NCBI RefSeq assembly: GCF_037042905.1
Contig: NC_087251.1
Location: 47,990,001 to 48,054,000 of the forward strand
Length of the DNA stretch: 64,000 nt
Reading direction: 5' to 3'
Source: Lytechinus pictus
Taxonomy: Eukaryota
Shown here one piece after another: positions 40,133 through 51,100 of the stretch. Below the pieces are notes generated by a model. It was given only the letters and a program-made list of their open reading frames with translations. It was not told the DNA's origin and searched no databases. Made by a program: the position numbers and the translations under genes. Numbering within the stretch: position 1 is the first letter of the stretch; every line of letters begins with the position of its first letter.

Positions 40133-40969
40133 TTTGTCTCACCTACATAGCAGAGTGATACTATAGGCGCCGCTTTTCCGGCGGCGGCGTCAACACCAAA
40201 TCTTAACCAAAGGTTAAGTTTTTTTAAATGACAGCATAACTAAGAAAGTATATGGATCTAGTTCATGAAACTTGGCCATAAGGTCAATCGAGTATTACTG
40301 AAGATCCTGCCTTAGTTTCAGGTCACATGACCAAGGTCATTTAAGGTCAATGAACTTAGACCACGTTGGGGGATCAACATCAAAATCTTTACCTAGGGTT
40401 GAGTTTTTGAAATGTCATCATAACTTAGAAAATATATGGACTTAGTTCATGAAACTTGGACATAAGGTTAATCAGTATCACTGAACATCCTGCCTGAGTT
40501 TCGAGTCACGTTACCCAGGTCAAAGGTCATTTAGGGTCAATGAACTTTGGCCATGTAGGGGGTATTTGTTGAATAACCATCATAACTCTTAAAGTGTATG
40601 GATCTAGTTTATAAAACTTGGACATAATAGTAGATCAAGTATCATTGAACATCTCATGCGAGTTTCAGGTCACATTATCACAGTCAAAGGTCATTTAAGG
40701 TCATTGCATTTTGGCCATTTTGGAGGTAATTATTAGATTGCTGTCATAACTTACAAAGTTTATAGATATAGTTTATAAAATGTGGATATAGGGGTAATCA
40801 AGTATCACTGACAAGTCTTAGGTCACGTGATCAAGGTCAAATGTCATATATTGTCGATGAACATAGTATTGTATCATTATATGAATGATATAGTAGTTTT
40901 CAAAGTCAGCACTGCTGCTATATTGAATCGCACGATGCAGGTGAGACTGCCAAAGGCGCTCCACTTGTT
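40133..40969 (+). mobile_element. Helentron/DINE-1-like element, copy C
   Basis: Same termini and tandem core. Confidence 0.78.
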
Positions 40970-41097
40970 CTTTTGTACATTTCCCAGAGATGGAGTCAAG
41001 GCAGATAGGTTCAAACCACAAAGCCGCTGGAGAAAATACACGTGACTCGGGCTGAGGCTGGCAAATCGTGGCCCTTGAGACTGGCTTTGACTCCATC

Positions 41098-41482
41098 CCT
41101 GTCAATTTGGTGGATTTGCAATACGGTGCGCCATCTATTGGTTGAAGCGGACAGGCCAAAATTCGCAAAGCCTCATCATGGGAAAAAGTAGACATCTGTT
41201 GCCCGCGCTAGTACTATTGTGCATGCATGCATGAGGTTATTCAGTGCTGGCCGACACGGCTTGACGGATATGCTGTTTACTAGGGTCCAGGAGGTGGGAG
41301 ATAAAATTTAACTGCATATTTCTTGCTATATGGTTTTCATTCATGAAGCATCACAGTCACATTACAGTACACTAGCACTGTGCATTGCGTGCGTGTGATG
41401 TTGACCCTGTAGTTAGAAATTTGGCCTGTTCACTGCAACCGATTGATGGCGCACCATGTTGTGAATCCACTAAATTTACAGG
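41098..41482. mobile_element. MITE-like element with about 65-bp imperfect TIRs, 70 bp upstream of ATXN3 exon 5
   Basis: CCTGTCAATTTGGTGGATT...ACAGGCCAAA is inverted at 41417-41482. Confidence 0.6.
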
Positions 41483-41552
41483 CCAAATCTCATTGCCATT
41501 TCTTCAATTAGTAATCTATCAATATATTTTCCTATTTGTCTTATTTCTACAG

Positions 41553-41707
41553 GAGAGAATGTGCCTTCATATGTAATTTCCGGGAGCACTGGCTGACTAT
41601 TAGAAAGCTTGGGGACCAGTGGTTTAATCTAAATTCTCTGTTGACGGGTCCAGAACTTATATCACATACATATTTAAGCATGTTCCTTGCGCAGCTTCAG
41701 AAGGAGG
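41553..41707 (+). CDS. ATXN3: Ataxin-3 exon 5 (catalytic His119 and Asn134)
   Basis: AG/GTAAG boundaries, 155 bp; CNFREHWLTIRKLGDQWFNLNS. Confidence 0.96.
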
Positions 41708-43496
41708 GTAAGATATTTCAGACACAATGCAGTGTTTTCTTGTTTTTATTTTTCCTCATTGTATTCAAGAAAGGTTGGAACATTGCATTTTGAAGAAAAA
41801 AAAACACACTTTTTCTGTGTACTATTTTGCCCATCCTTATGATAATTTGGATTTGGGACTGAAGAAAATTAACCAGTCTCTCCAATAATAATCACATTGC
41901 ATGATATGATTAATAATAATTATAATAATAATATGGACATTTGTAATACGCTGGTATCCATCATAAAGATGCTCATGGCGCAGTAAAGAAAGAAGAAAAA
42001 GAAGGGAAGAAGACCAGGGAAATTGAGATTATGACTTTACCATAAAGGCTCTGTGTATAATTTTCAGTGGTTATAAATGATATCTGTTTGTCATAAATCT
42101 CATTCACTCTTGGTGATCAGAAATTTGCACAATGTTCTTTGTAAACAAAGAGGAAGTACACTGAATTGTCAAGACATTTGATAAATGTATGAGTATAAAT
42201 TATATCTAGAAAACATTTTGAAGAAACATGCATTTAGATGTTGACGTTGCTGGCTTTCCATATTTTGTTCGGATCAATGCACTCTTTGAAAGATGCAGGT
42301 TATGCATGTTTATACTTTCCAATTCCCCATGAAAACTTATGTGAACATACCTGGGGCCATTCTTTAAAAAAAGAAAAACGCTGGCTTTTTTTTGGGCTAT
42401 GTGTCAATGGCATAATTTTGTTTGCCTGTGTTATTTTATGGCAAATATTTTCATATTTTTCATATATGCTTTTTTTGAATTATCCATAACTTTATGGATC
42501 GTAACTGCTCCTTGGATGCCACTAATTTGGATTCTCATTGGCTAAAGTTGAATTCCAGTCTTTGTGGATTAAAAGTTTAGTTCTGAACAACCACTGGAAT
42601 GCAAAATTCATAATTTATTATAGAAATTTGATTAGGGTTATAGGGAATTCACTCCCACCATGTAAAAGTAACATGGATTTGAAAGGAAGACCCTTGGGTT
42701 ATAGTCATTTAGTTAATCTTTTTTTTTGCAGCGTCCCTGTGACTGTCAGGACTTATTCTATCGTTTGTTTATGTCATCTTCAAAGATAATTTATGATAGC
42801 CTAATGCAGTGAAGTAGTTTCTTGAGCCAATTTTAGAATTTTAGAAATTGGCTTGTCAATTAATACCATGTTACATCCAAACTGAGGAGTGTATGCAAAC
42901 AGACACATTTGTTACAATTACAAAAGTTAGGCTTGTTCATTGTCTGGCAGAGGCTTGAATTTCTACTGTCCGCAGTCTGGAATCTGTCTAGTTTCTTTTT
43001 TATATGAAACCAATTGTCAAGCATGGAATGGGCCAACATTTTCAGGATGTAATCTGTGTATATGGATTTTTTTAATGCAAACACTATTTTTTTTTATAGA
43101 AAAATGATACTGTATCAAGATAGTAAAATTCTAATGTTCACATAATAAGTGGATGGAAATAGATAGTAGTCACTACATTTTGATAAGTTTGGAATGTCAG
43201 TCCAACACATTTCACATTAATCCTTGTTTTGTCAATCGTTTGTACAACTTTACTTGATCTTTAATTAATCTTATTCTTTGATTTTTCTGCTTTCAAACAA
43301 TTTTAAGGGTCCTTTTCAGGACCAAATACATGCCCACAAAATTAATAGAATACGTGGTATACCATAAAACCTCTATACTGAATATTTCTTTGCCATAAAA
43401 ATTGTTTCCAGCCTTGATTCCTTTCTCTTTTTATTTGATAAATATACATCTGTTATACACCCTTGACATGTGGCTCATTTTTCTCACCAATCCAAG

Positions 43497-43751
43497 GGTA
43501 TTCCATATTTGTGATCCGTGGTAGTCTACCGGAATGTGAAGCAGACCAGCTTTTACGCCTGATACCTGCCGTTCAGACTCAGCCACCAAAGCTTCTCTCG
43601 GACCTTGTCCAGTCTTCAAACCAGAGGGTTTCCACCGGTGCAGGGGTGACCCAGGATGACCTTCAGAAAGCGCTTAACGAAAGCAGGAATTTAATATCCG
43701 GTGACAAAGCAGACGATGATCTGCAAGCTGCTATTCAACTCAGTCTTCAAG
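43497..43751 (+). CDS. ATXN3: Ataxin-3 exon 6 (end of Josephin domain; UIM1, UIM2)
   Basis: GYSIFVIRGSLP; DDLQKALNES and DDLQAAIQLS UIM-like helices; 255 bp; donor chosen for phase compatibility with exon 7. Confidence 0.9.
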
Positions 43752-44037
43752 GTGTGGAACTTAATTCATTTTCAATTAGCAGAAATTTTCTGCCAAAAGT
43801 TTCAAATTAGTCTTGTTAAAGGTCAAGTCCACCCCAGGAAAATGCTGACATGGATAAATAGAGAAAATCAAACTAGCATAGTGCTGAAAATTTCATCAAA
43901 ATCGGATGTAAAGAAGAAAGTTATGACATTTTAAAGTTTAGCTTATTTTTCACAAGACAGTGATATGCACAACTAGGTGACTCAGTCAATGATGTCCATC
44001 ACTCACTGTTTCTTTTGTTTTTGTATTGTTTGAATTA

Positions 44038-45610
44038 CCGTATTTTCCGGTATATAAACCGCGGCCGTGTATAAACTCTTTTTACTCTTGGAAAAAAGAA
44101 AAAAAAATTGAGGAAACCAGAAATAGTGAAATCTGTGTAATATTCTATATATTTGAAGGAATATCTTCATGCATTCTCCGTGATACTGAAGCAATAAAAT
44201 ATACGAAAATATATTATTTGTTCGATGCAAAGTGTTTTCACTTCGACAATTTTGACGCAATTATCTCGCTCATGCAATACACAGCGATAATGCCTGTACG
44301 TGGTGCTGAGTCTACGGGCAGCTGCCGGCTGCCCGAGCTCTGCCTCTGGTACGTCCAAAGTGATTCGTCCTGACGTATGAATTTTGCATAAATACTCATA
44401 AAACAGACTTATTACCTGTTGACGACGAATTGGGATTGTGTTTACTTAAGCAACTCAACACCATCACATGACCAAATAATTTGAGAAAGGACTGTTGGCC
44501 GAGCGAGACGAGCAGTCACGTTGGGTTTTAACTTTTTTTTTCTGAGCATACATGGAGGGAGCGCATGCGCGTTGCTCGTGAGTCGCCGCAGCCAGGGGGG
44601 GGGGGGATGGGAAGGGACGATCGGGCATTGCATCTTGCATTGATATTAAGTTTTTTTTTTTAAATGAGAAAAATGATGTGATGTGGATGTGGATGAAATA
44701 CAATTTTTTTAAAATTGTTTTGTTGTCTTCTTGATAGTTTTGTTAATGATATCGTATATTATTATTTTGTAATGATATCGTATATCATATAAAGGGAACA
44801 TTGAATATTTATTTCATATGGGGTATTAAGATTATTCTTTCTTGGAGAATTGGTGGCCCTGAAGAGGGCCCGCCCATAAAATGGGCCAGAGGATTAAGGA
44901 TTTAAAATCCTAGGAACTCCTTGTCGGATGAAGAAGCGTTGAAGATGTCAAGCAACCTCTCGTCGTTGTAAATGAGGTCAGCATCATCAGCATCTCCATT
45001 GCTGCAAAAGCAATCAATACCGGTAGATGGCGCTTCAACACGTACAGTCTTCAAGTTTAGTTAGCTGCACATTAGAAAGGCCTCGAGCAAGATTTATGTT
45101 TCTTTCTGGGATTTTTCTTATTTTTGGTTTGGAAAAGCGATAGTAGGCAGCTTCAAAATTTAGTGCCCTACTGTTCAGTATTAGAGGTATGACATTAGCT
45201 GTCAATTACACTAGCAGATCAGTCAAACAGAACTACGTCTACGGTACTGCGCGACGCTCCGCCTTTAGTTTCCCTGTCGCTAGGCTGCGGCGCGCCCAGC
45301 GCCGGCCAGCCATGCCAGCAGGCGCTACTGAGGTGCGCTCACCGAACATGGATTGGCCGTCCCGCGAACGCCACAACAAAAATCATTAAATTATGAAAAG
45401 AGAAAGACAGAGATGAAGTGAGTTTTATTTCATTCTTTTTACAAGTCCACGTTTCAAACATGTCACACATTCATTATATATGCTAAATTTTCGTCAAGTC
45501 AATCAAGTTTCTGAGGTCGGATTTCTCTGTGTTCGTGTATAAACCGCACCCCCCATTTTCGAGGTTTTCCCTGACGGAAAAAGGTGCGGTTAATACACCG
45601 GAAAATACGG
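44038..45610 (-). mobile_element. Tc1/mariner-superfamily (pogo/Tigger-like) deleted element
   Basis: TA TSD; TIR CCGTATTTTCCGGT.TAT.AACCGC; minus-strand remnant ending LLDIFNASSSDKEFLGF* (stop 44902-44904), resembling the acidic ..D.EF.GF C-terminus of pogo-like transposases. Confidence 0.75.
44836..44870 (-). terminator. Histone-type 3' processing cassette (stem-loop + ACCA + HDE) inside a DNA transposon
   Basis: Minus strand reads GGCCCT-CTTC-AGGGCC ACCA ATTCTC CAAGAAAGA. Confidence 0.75.
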
Positions 45611-45809
45611 TATACAATATGTCATTTTTTATAGATTTGACAATAAGGACCAACTTGACTGAACCATATAGCATTAAACAATACTAATTCCACATGGTTA
45701 GGGAGGAATTAGTCGCTGTGTCATTTGACAATGAGGAAAAAATTAGAATATTTCATATTTCATATAATAAAATACAAAATAGTGAGTGGATGACATCATA
45801 GTCTCCTCA

Positions 45810-45946
45810 ACCCGGCAGGATTAATTCCTTGCATGCACTGAGCGCCGGTGATGGTAGCTCGAGCTGCAGCCGGGGTCATAATAGCAGCGCTTTGTATCCT
45901 CAGGCAAAAGGCACTTTATAAATACAGCTATTATTATTATTATTAT
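45810..45946 (+). mobile_element. 3' fragment of a SINE nested in a Kolobok-like MITE
   Basis: Similar to the 3' half of the SINE at 1740-2040; (ATT)n tail; absent from the sister MITE at 20263. Confidence 0.65.
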
Positions 45947-47009
45947 TTGCATTGGAGGCAGGATGTGCATATAACTGTTTTGTGAAATTAAGTGAAACTT
46001 TAAAATGTCATAACTTTCTTATTTTACATCCGATTTTGATGAAATTTTCAGTGTTATGCTTGTTGGATTTTTCTCTTTTTATTCAAATCAACTTTTTGTT
46101 GGGGTGGACTTGTCCTTTAAGCAATAACCCAAAATAGTGTAAGATTTGGGAACTTCTGCTGTGTTTTAGTTTCAACTTCAGGTGACCATGTGATGTCAGT
46201 GTGGTTATTTATGTAAGTTTCATTAAAAAAAAATATTCTAGGTATGCGCATCAACTGCAATGCGATTGGCTAGGTATCAACATGTATATTTATATCATCT
46301 TTACAGCAGACATACAATATTTTTTTAGGTCATCTATGACCAGGCCTCAAATAGAATGCTGTAACATATTAAATTCTTTTGAAAATAATCTCCAAATTTT
46401 CATTGTCGATATGGTACCTGCAACCTCACTTACTTGGCGGTTTCTGTGAAGCATTTCAATATCATTTGTCGTCTGACAAGTTTCCTTGATTTTGACTGGC
46501 GGAGAAGTGCAGTATTTATAATGGTAACTGTCAGACGAAACATAACTTTGTCAGATAAAACATGTGACAATTCTTTTGTTGAAACTGTTTCCCCGGACAA
46601 TGCCCATCTGTATGATACAGTTGGAAATATGAGAAAGTGGTGTTGGTGGGATGCCACCTCTATGAAAATTTCTAGGCTTTGGAAGTTTGTTTCAAAATAT
46701 AGATTTCCTTGGAACTATGGATAACTTTAATATATTAATGTTTTGTTCATATAAATCAAGGCTTGATATGTGCAGACAGTATGTCAGTAAATTAATATAA
46801 ATAGTGAAAATTATTTCATCAAAATATATTTAATAATCATGATGAGTAATGCTTTGTCTCTCAACCTTTTATTACTTGAAATTACAAAGAAGGACATTAT
46901 TGATGTTTCCCATTTAAACGCATGATAACATTCTTCTGAAAATGTGTCCTTCACGGTTAAGCTTATTTTCAGATTTTTGCAGATTTAGATTGCTTTTTCA
47001 TTTGAATAG

Positions 47010-47091
47010 GTACAGAAAAACAAGTTCCTGAAGCAAGCAAACCTGTCGATGTTGATGAAGTGAGAAGGAGGAGAGAAGCTTTTTTTAACAG
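47010..47091 (+). CDS. ATXN3: Ataxin-3 exon 7 (VCP/p97-binding motif EVRRRREAFF)
   Basis: AATAG acceptor, GTGAG donor, 82 bp; similar to human ELRKRREAYF; not in the ORF track. Confidence 0.9.
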
Positions 47092-47207
47092 GTGAGGTGT
47101 TTAAAACAGTATGTCATTCATGAAATATCTAGTCAGGCTCTTAAAGAGAATTACAAATTAAGTCGATGGCATGATTAATTTGTTTTTAGTTGTCTATCAG
47201 TCCTGTT

Positions 47208-48228
47208 TTTGTCTCGCCTGCATAGCAGAGTGAGACTAGGCGCGCTTTTCCGACGGGGGTGGCGACAACATCAAATCTTAACCAAAGGTTAAGTTTTCGA
47301 AATATCATAATTAGAAAGAATATAGGTCTAGTTCATGAAATTTGGACATAATGGTTGTCAAGTATTACTGGACATCCTGCCAGAGTTTGAGGTCACATGA
47401 CCAAGGTCAAAGGTCACTTAGGATCAATGAACTTAGACGATGTTGTGGGAATCAACATCAAAATCTTTAATAACCAAAGGTTAAGTTTTTGAAATGGCAT
47501 CATAACGTTATAGAGAGTAAATGGACCTGGTTAATAAAACTTGATCATAAGGGTAATGAAGTGTTACTGAACATCCTTTGTGAGTTTCAGGTCACATGAC
47601 CAAGGTCAAAGGTCATTTAGGATCAATGAACTTTGGCTATGTTGGGGGTATTTGTTGATTTCCATCATAACTTTGAAAGTTTATGGATCTGGTTCATGAA
47701 ACTTGGACAAGAGTAATCAAGTATCACTGAACATTCTTTGTGAATTTCAGGTCACATGACCAAGGTCATAGGTCATTTAGGGTCAATGGCTCAGTTTATG
47801 TTGGAATTAAAACAAAATCGTAACTCTGAAAGTATATGGATCTAGTTCATGAAAATTGGACATAAAAGCAATCCAGCATCAGTGAACATCCTGCATGAGT
47901 TTCAGGTCACATGACCAAGGTCAAAGAACTTTTGCCGTGTTTTTTGGGAGGGGGTATTTGTTGAAATGCCATCATAACTTTGAAAGTATGTGGATCTAGT
48001 TCATGAAGTGTGGACATATGGGTAATCAAGTGTCACTGATCGTCTTGCACAAGTCCTCGGTCACACAATCAAAGTCAAATGTCATTTAGGATCAATAAAC
48101 ATAGTATTTTATCATCATACAAATAGTGTTTTTGTGAATGATTATTCTATAGTCGTTTTCAAAGGCAGCACTGCTGCTATATTGAATTGCGTAACGCAGG
48201 CGAGACTGCCAGAGGTGCTCAACTTGTT
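47208..48228 (+). mobile_element. Helentron/DINE-1-like element, copy D
   Basis: Same termini and tandem core, more diverged. Confidence 0.78.
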
Positions 48229-48594
48229 TGTTTAACCGGGCGACCATGCAATGATGTAAACACAAGACAAGAGGTGACATACGTATAAACTTTTGGACCC
48301 AGGTCACATTGGAAGCCAAAAAAGGTATACATTATTAGAAAGCTGGGAAAAAGAAATACAACAATTAAATGCAAGATAATATAAAGTTGGTGTTGTATTA
48401 TTTGACTGATTAGATTCTTGTAGTAAATACACTGTATGATTTGGAACATTAATGCTAGTTGTCTTTTTACTATAACAGATCCATATATATGTTATTTTTA
48501 GGATGGGTTGATTTCAGTTTCCAGTGAAGAAAAGCAAGATTTGATTTCTCAAATTTGTCTCGTTTTATAACATTCTAATTTTTTTTTTTTACAG

Positions 48595-48850
48595 ACAAGC
48601 CCAAGGTCCAACGCAATCATCAGCTGAAAGCAACCAGTCCTCGTCCTCAGAAGTGCCTTTGCCACCTGGGAATAGAACAGCCAAAGACAGACTTGAAAGC
48701 AATACTAACAACTCAGCTCAGACATCTAGCCCATCCTGTAAAGCCGTTGCCGAACAGGAAACCGGAGAGATGGACAGTGATATGACCGAATCCGCTATGC
48801 TTGAAGCCGCAATCAAAATGTCGATAGATTCTGTGGAACAGAAAACGTGA
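48595..48850 (+). CDS. ATXN3: Ataxin-3 terminal exon (UIM3 MTESAMLEAAIKMS; stop)
   Basis: Long poly-T tract and ACAG acceptor; in frame with ORF 48653..48850; summed CDS 1068 bp = 355 aa + stop. Confidence 0.88.
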
Positions 48851-50738
48851 GAATCATTGAAGCAGCTTTGTCAGGAATTTAATTAATCTTGTTGTGATGT
48901 TACTTAAAATGACAGAAAATTCTGATGTCAACAGTAGAAGCAGGTAGAGACCGGATCAGACAAACCCATATTGTGATGGGATGAATAATCCTGCCAGGAA
49001 ATTGAGTTGGTTGTGTACATGTATTTTCTGTGTCATAATTTGACGATGATATGATTTTAGTCATTATGTAGGAAGTTGTCATTATTGCTGACTGGAACTG
49101 GAAAGATGTTGACTCAGAGATGGGTGAATCAGAGGATAATTCGCCAAAATATTTTCTTTTATTTATCCAAGTTGACAGATCTCCCCTAAAATTTACAAAT
49201 AGTTATAATGAAGAAAGGTAGATTTTTTTTTCAGGGGGCTATTTGATTTATTTCAAGGGTTTCTTTTTTGTGCAATGCACAATTATGCAAATATCATTCT
49301 GCTGTAGTATGTAGAATATTGATTTTCTCAATATTATTGAATATTGTTTGTGGGAGATCTAGGAAAATTCATCCCAAAATATGGTCCGGAGTCATAAGTG
49401 ACCTGCTACCCCAAAAGGGTCACTGCAAATAGTAAGTTCGCATTTAGCAAAACAGTAATTTGGTCTTCAAAGAGTGAAAGGAGAAAGTTTAATAACTAAT
49501 ATTGGATAGAGTTAATCTTCTTCATTCTATCAAAATTTGAAGTTGGAAAGTCAATAGACAAGATGCAAGAGTTTGTTTGACATAATTTTTTGTGGACTGC
49601 TTTGATATTTCACTGAGATAGCTGTTTGCGCATCTCATGCTTGAGTGAACCCTGAATTTCAAACCTTTTCTCTTTATTCTTTGAAGCTCTCACTGGATAT
49701 CTTCTGCATTCAATCTAGTACTTGTGTGACAAGTTGTATATCATTTTTCAAGTTCAATAAATCAAAATATCAAAATTGATTTGGGCATCTTATTGGCTTT
49801 GGGGAGGCAGGTCACATATGGATTATTAATAAGATTTTTAATTTGTATTCATTCATCAAGGTAGGTATATATCAAGTCCAACCTCGGGTTCGTCTCTGAT
49901 AGCTAGAATTATAACATCATGTCTTTAGCCTAATATCTAGTCAGCGGCTGCAGCTATTCTGCTGTAACATGAAAAGATCATTGCACACTACGCAAACTGA
50001 AACAACATAATTTTTAACAAATCATACTTTGCATATAATGTGTTCCAAGAAGTAAATTGGAATACTTATGATTGGAGATAAATCAAAATTGACTTCAAGA
50101 CCCAGCTGCTGGTGACGGTACAGCTTGGAATTATATTTGTTTCTAATCTTGCAGGAATGCTCGAATTAGATTGGAATTTTGATTTTAGTGTTCATACCAC
50201 TATTAGGAACAGATTTTATAGGTTGGAATGTTAACTTGTATGAAAAAAAACAACAGAAAATAAGATTGATTAAAGTTTTAGAACAATCGAATAAACAATA
50301 AGCAATTTATGAGCATTTGAATGTTCAATATTGAAATCACTAATGCTAGATCCTTTCATTGATCTTTGATGTCACACAAGTACAATGCCCCCCCGTTTGT
50401 ACACTGAAAATATACACCAAAACGAGATATATGTTTATATGAAACCGCTATTTAGCATCTGATCTATGGATAGACTTGACAATGTGACAATTTTTGTAAT
50501 TGATTTGTGTAAAAGTAATTGAGGATGTAACTTCTGAAGGTTTCCTTGGCGAAGAAGAAGAATGTAGTGGGTTTCACAGTACACCATGTAATCTTTCATG
50601 GGCAATTGTTGGTCCTGAAAAATGACCAGTGTGTTCTTGTCGTCTTCAGAAGTAATTAAGGAGTTATGCAAGTATGACATGATTGACATCATACACGTTA
50701 GTTGCATTTCCAACATTCAAATGCTCATAGCTTTCTTA

Positions 50739-50899
50739 TACCTTGGTCACATTTGCTCTACGGCGGCCGTACGGCGAGTCGAAAACAGCCGTTTTATTAA
50801 TTTTGATTCAAACCACCTATATGTAGTTGGACAAAAAATGTTAAAACGGCTGTTTCCGACTCGCCGTACGGCCGCCGTAGAACAAATGTGACCATGGTA
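50739..50899. mobile_element. Small palindromic MITE (PIF/Harbinger-like)
   Basis: About 55-bp near-perfect arms GGTCACATTTG.TCTACGGCGGCCGTACGGCGAGTCG; TTA/TAA flanks. Confidence 0.75.
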
Positions 50900-50932
50900 T
50901 AATTGGTTCAATTTTTTGTCTCGCCCACCAGA

Positions 50933-51100
50933 GGTGAACATTATTCGGATGTAGGCGGATTTGGATAGCCTCTTTAACACACTGTGTGTACCAGTGCTTA
51001 TCCCGCGCTATGGAGCTTACTCCGAATAATGTTAACAGGGATAACGGCATTGACATCCCCGAGGAATGGCTTCCGACCATTCACGGGCATGCGCCCCCTA
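50933..51100. mobile_element. Penelope-like GIY-YIG C-terminal remnant with internal inversion
   Basis: Minus strand RDKHWYTQCVKEAIQIRLHPNNV; plus strand PNNVNRDNGIDIPEEWLPTI. Confidence 0.7.

Larger units (their letters stand above)
43820..46116. mobile_element. Second copy of the Kolobok-like MITE, interrupted by a pogo-like element and a SINE fragment
   Basis: TTAA TSD; TIR AGG.CAAGTCCACCCCA; colinear with 20263-20893 once the inserts are removed. Confidence 0.78.

Noticed and set aside
44700..45100. Histone gene or pseudogene upstream of the stem-loop
   Set aside because: The upstream frame is acidic and shows no histone-fold or basic-tail sequence.
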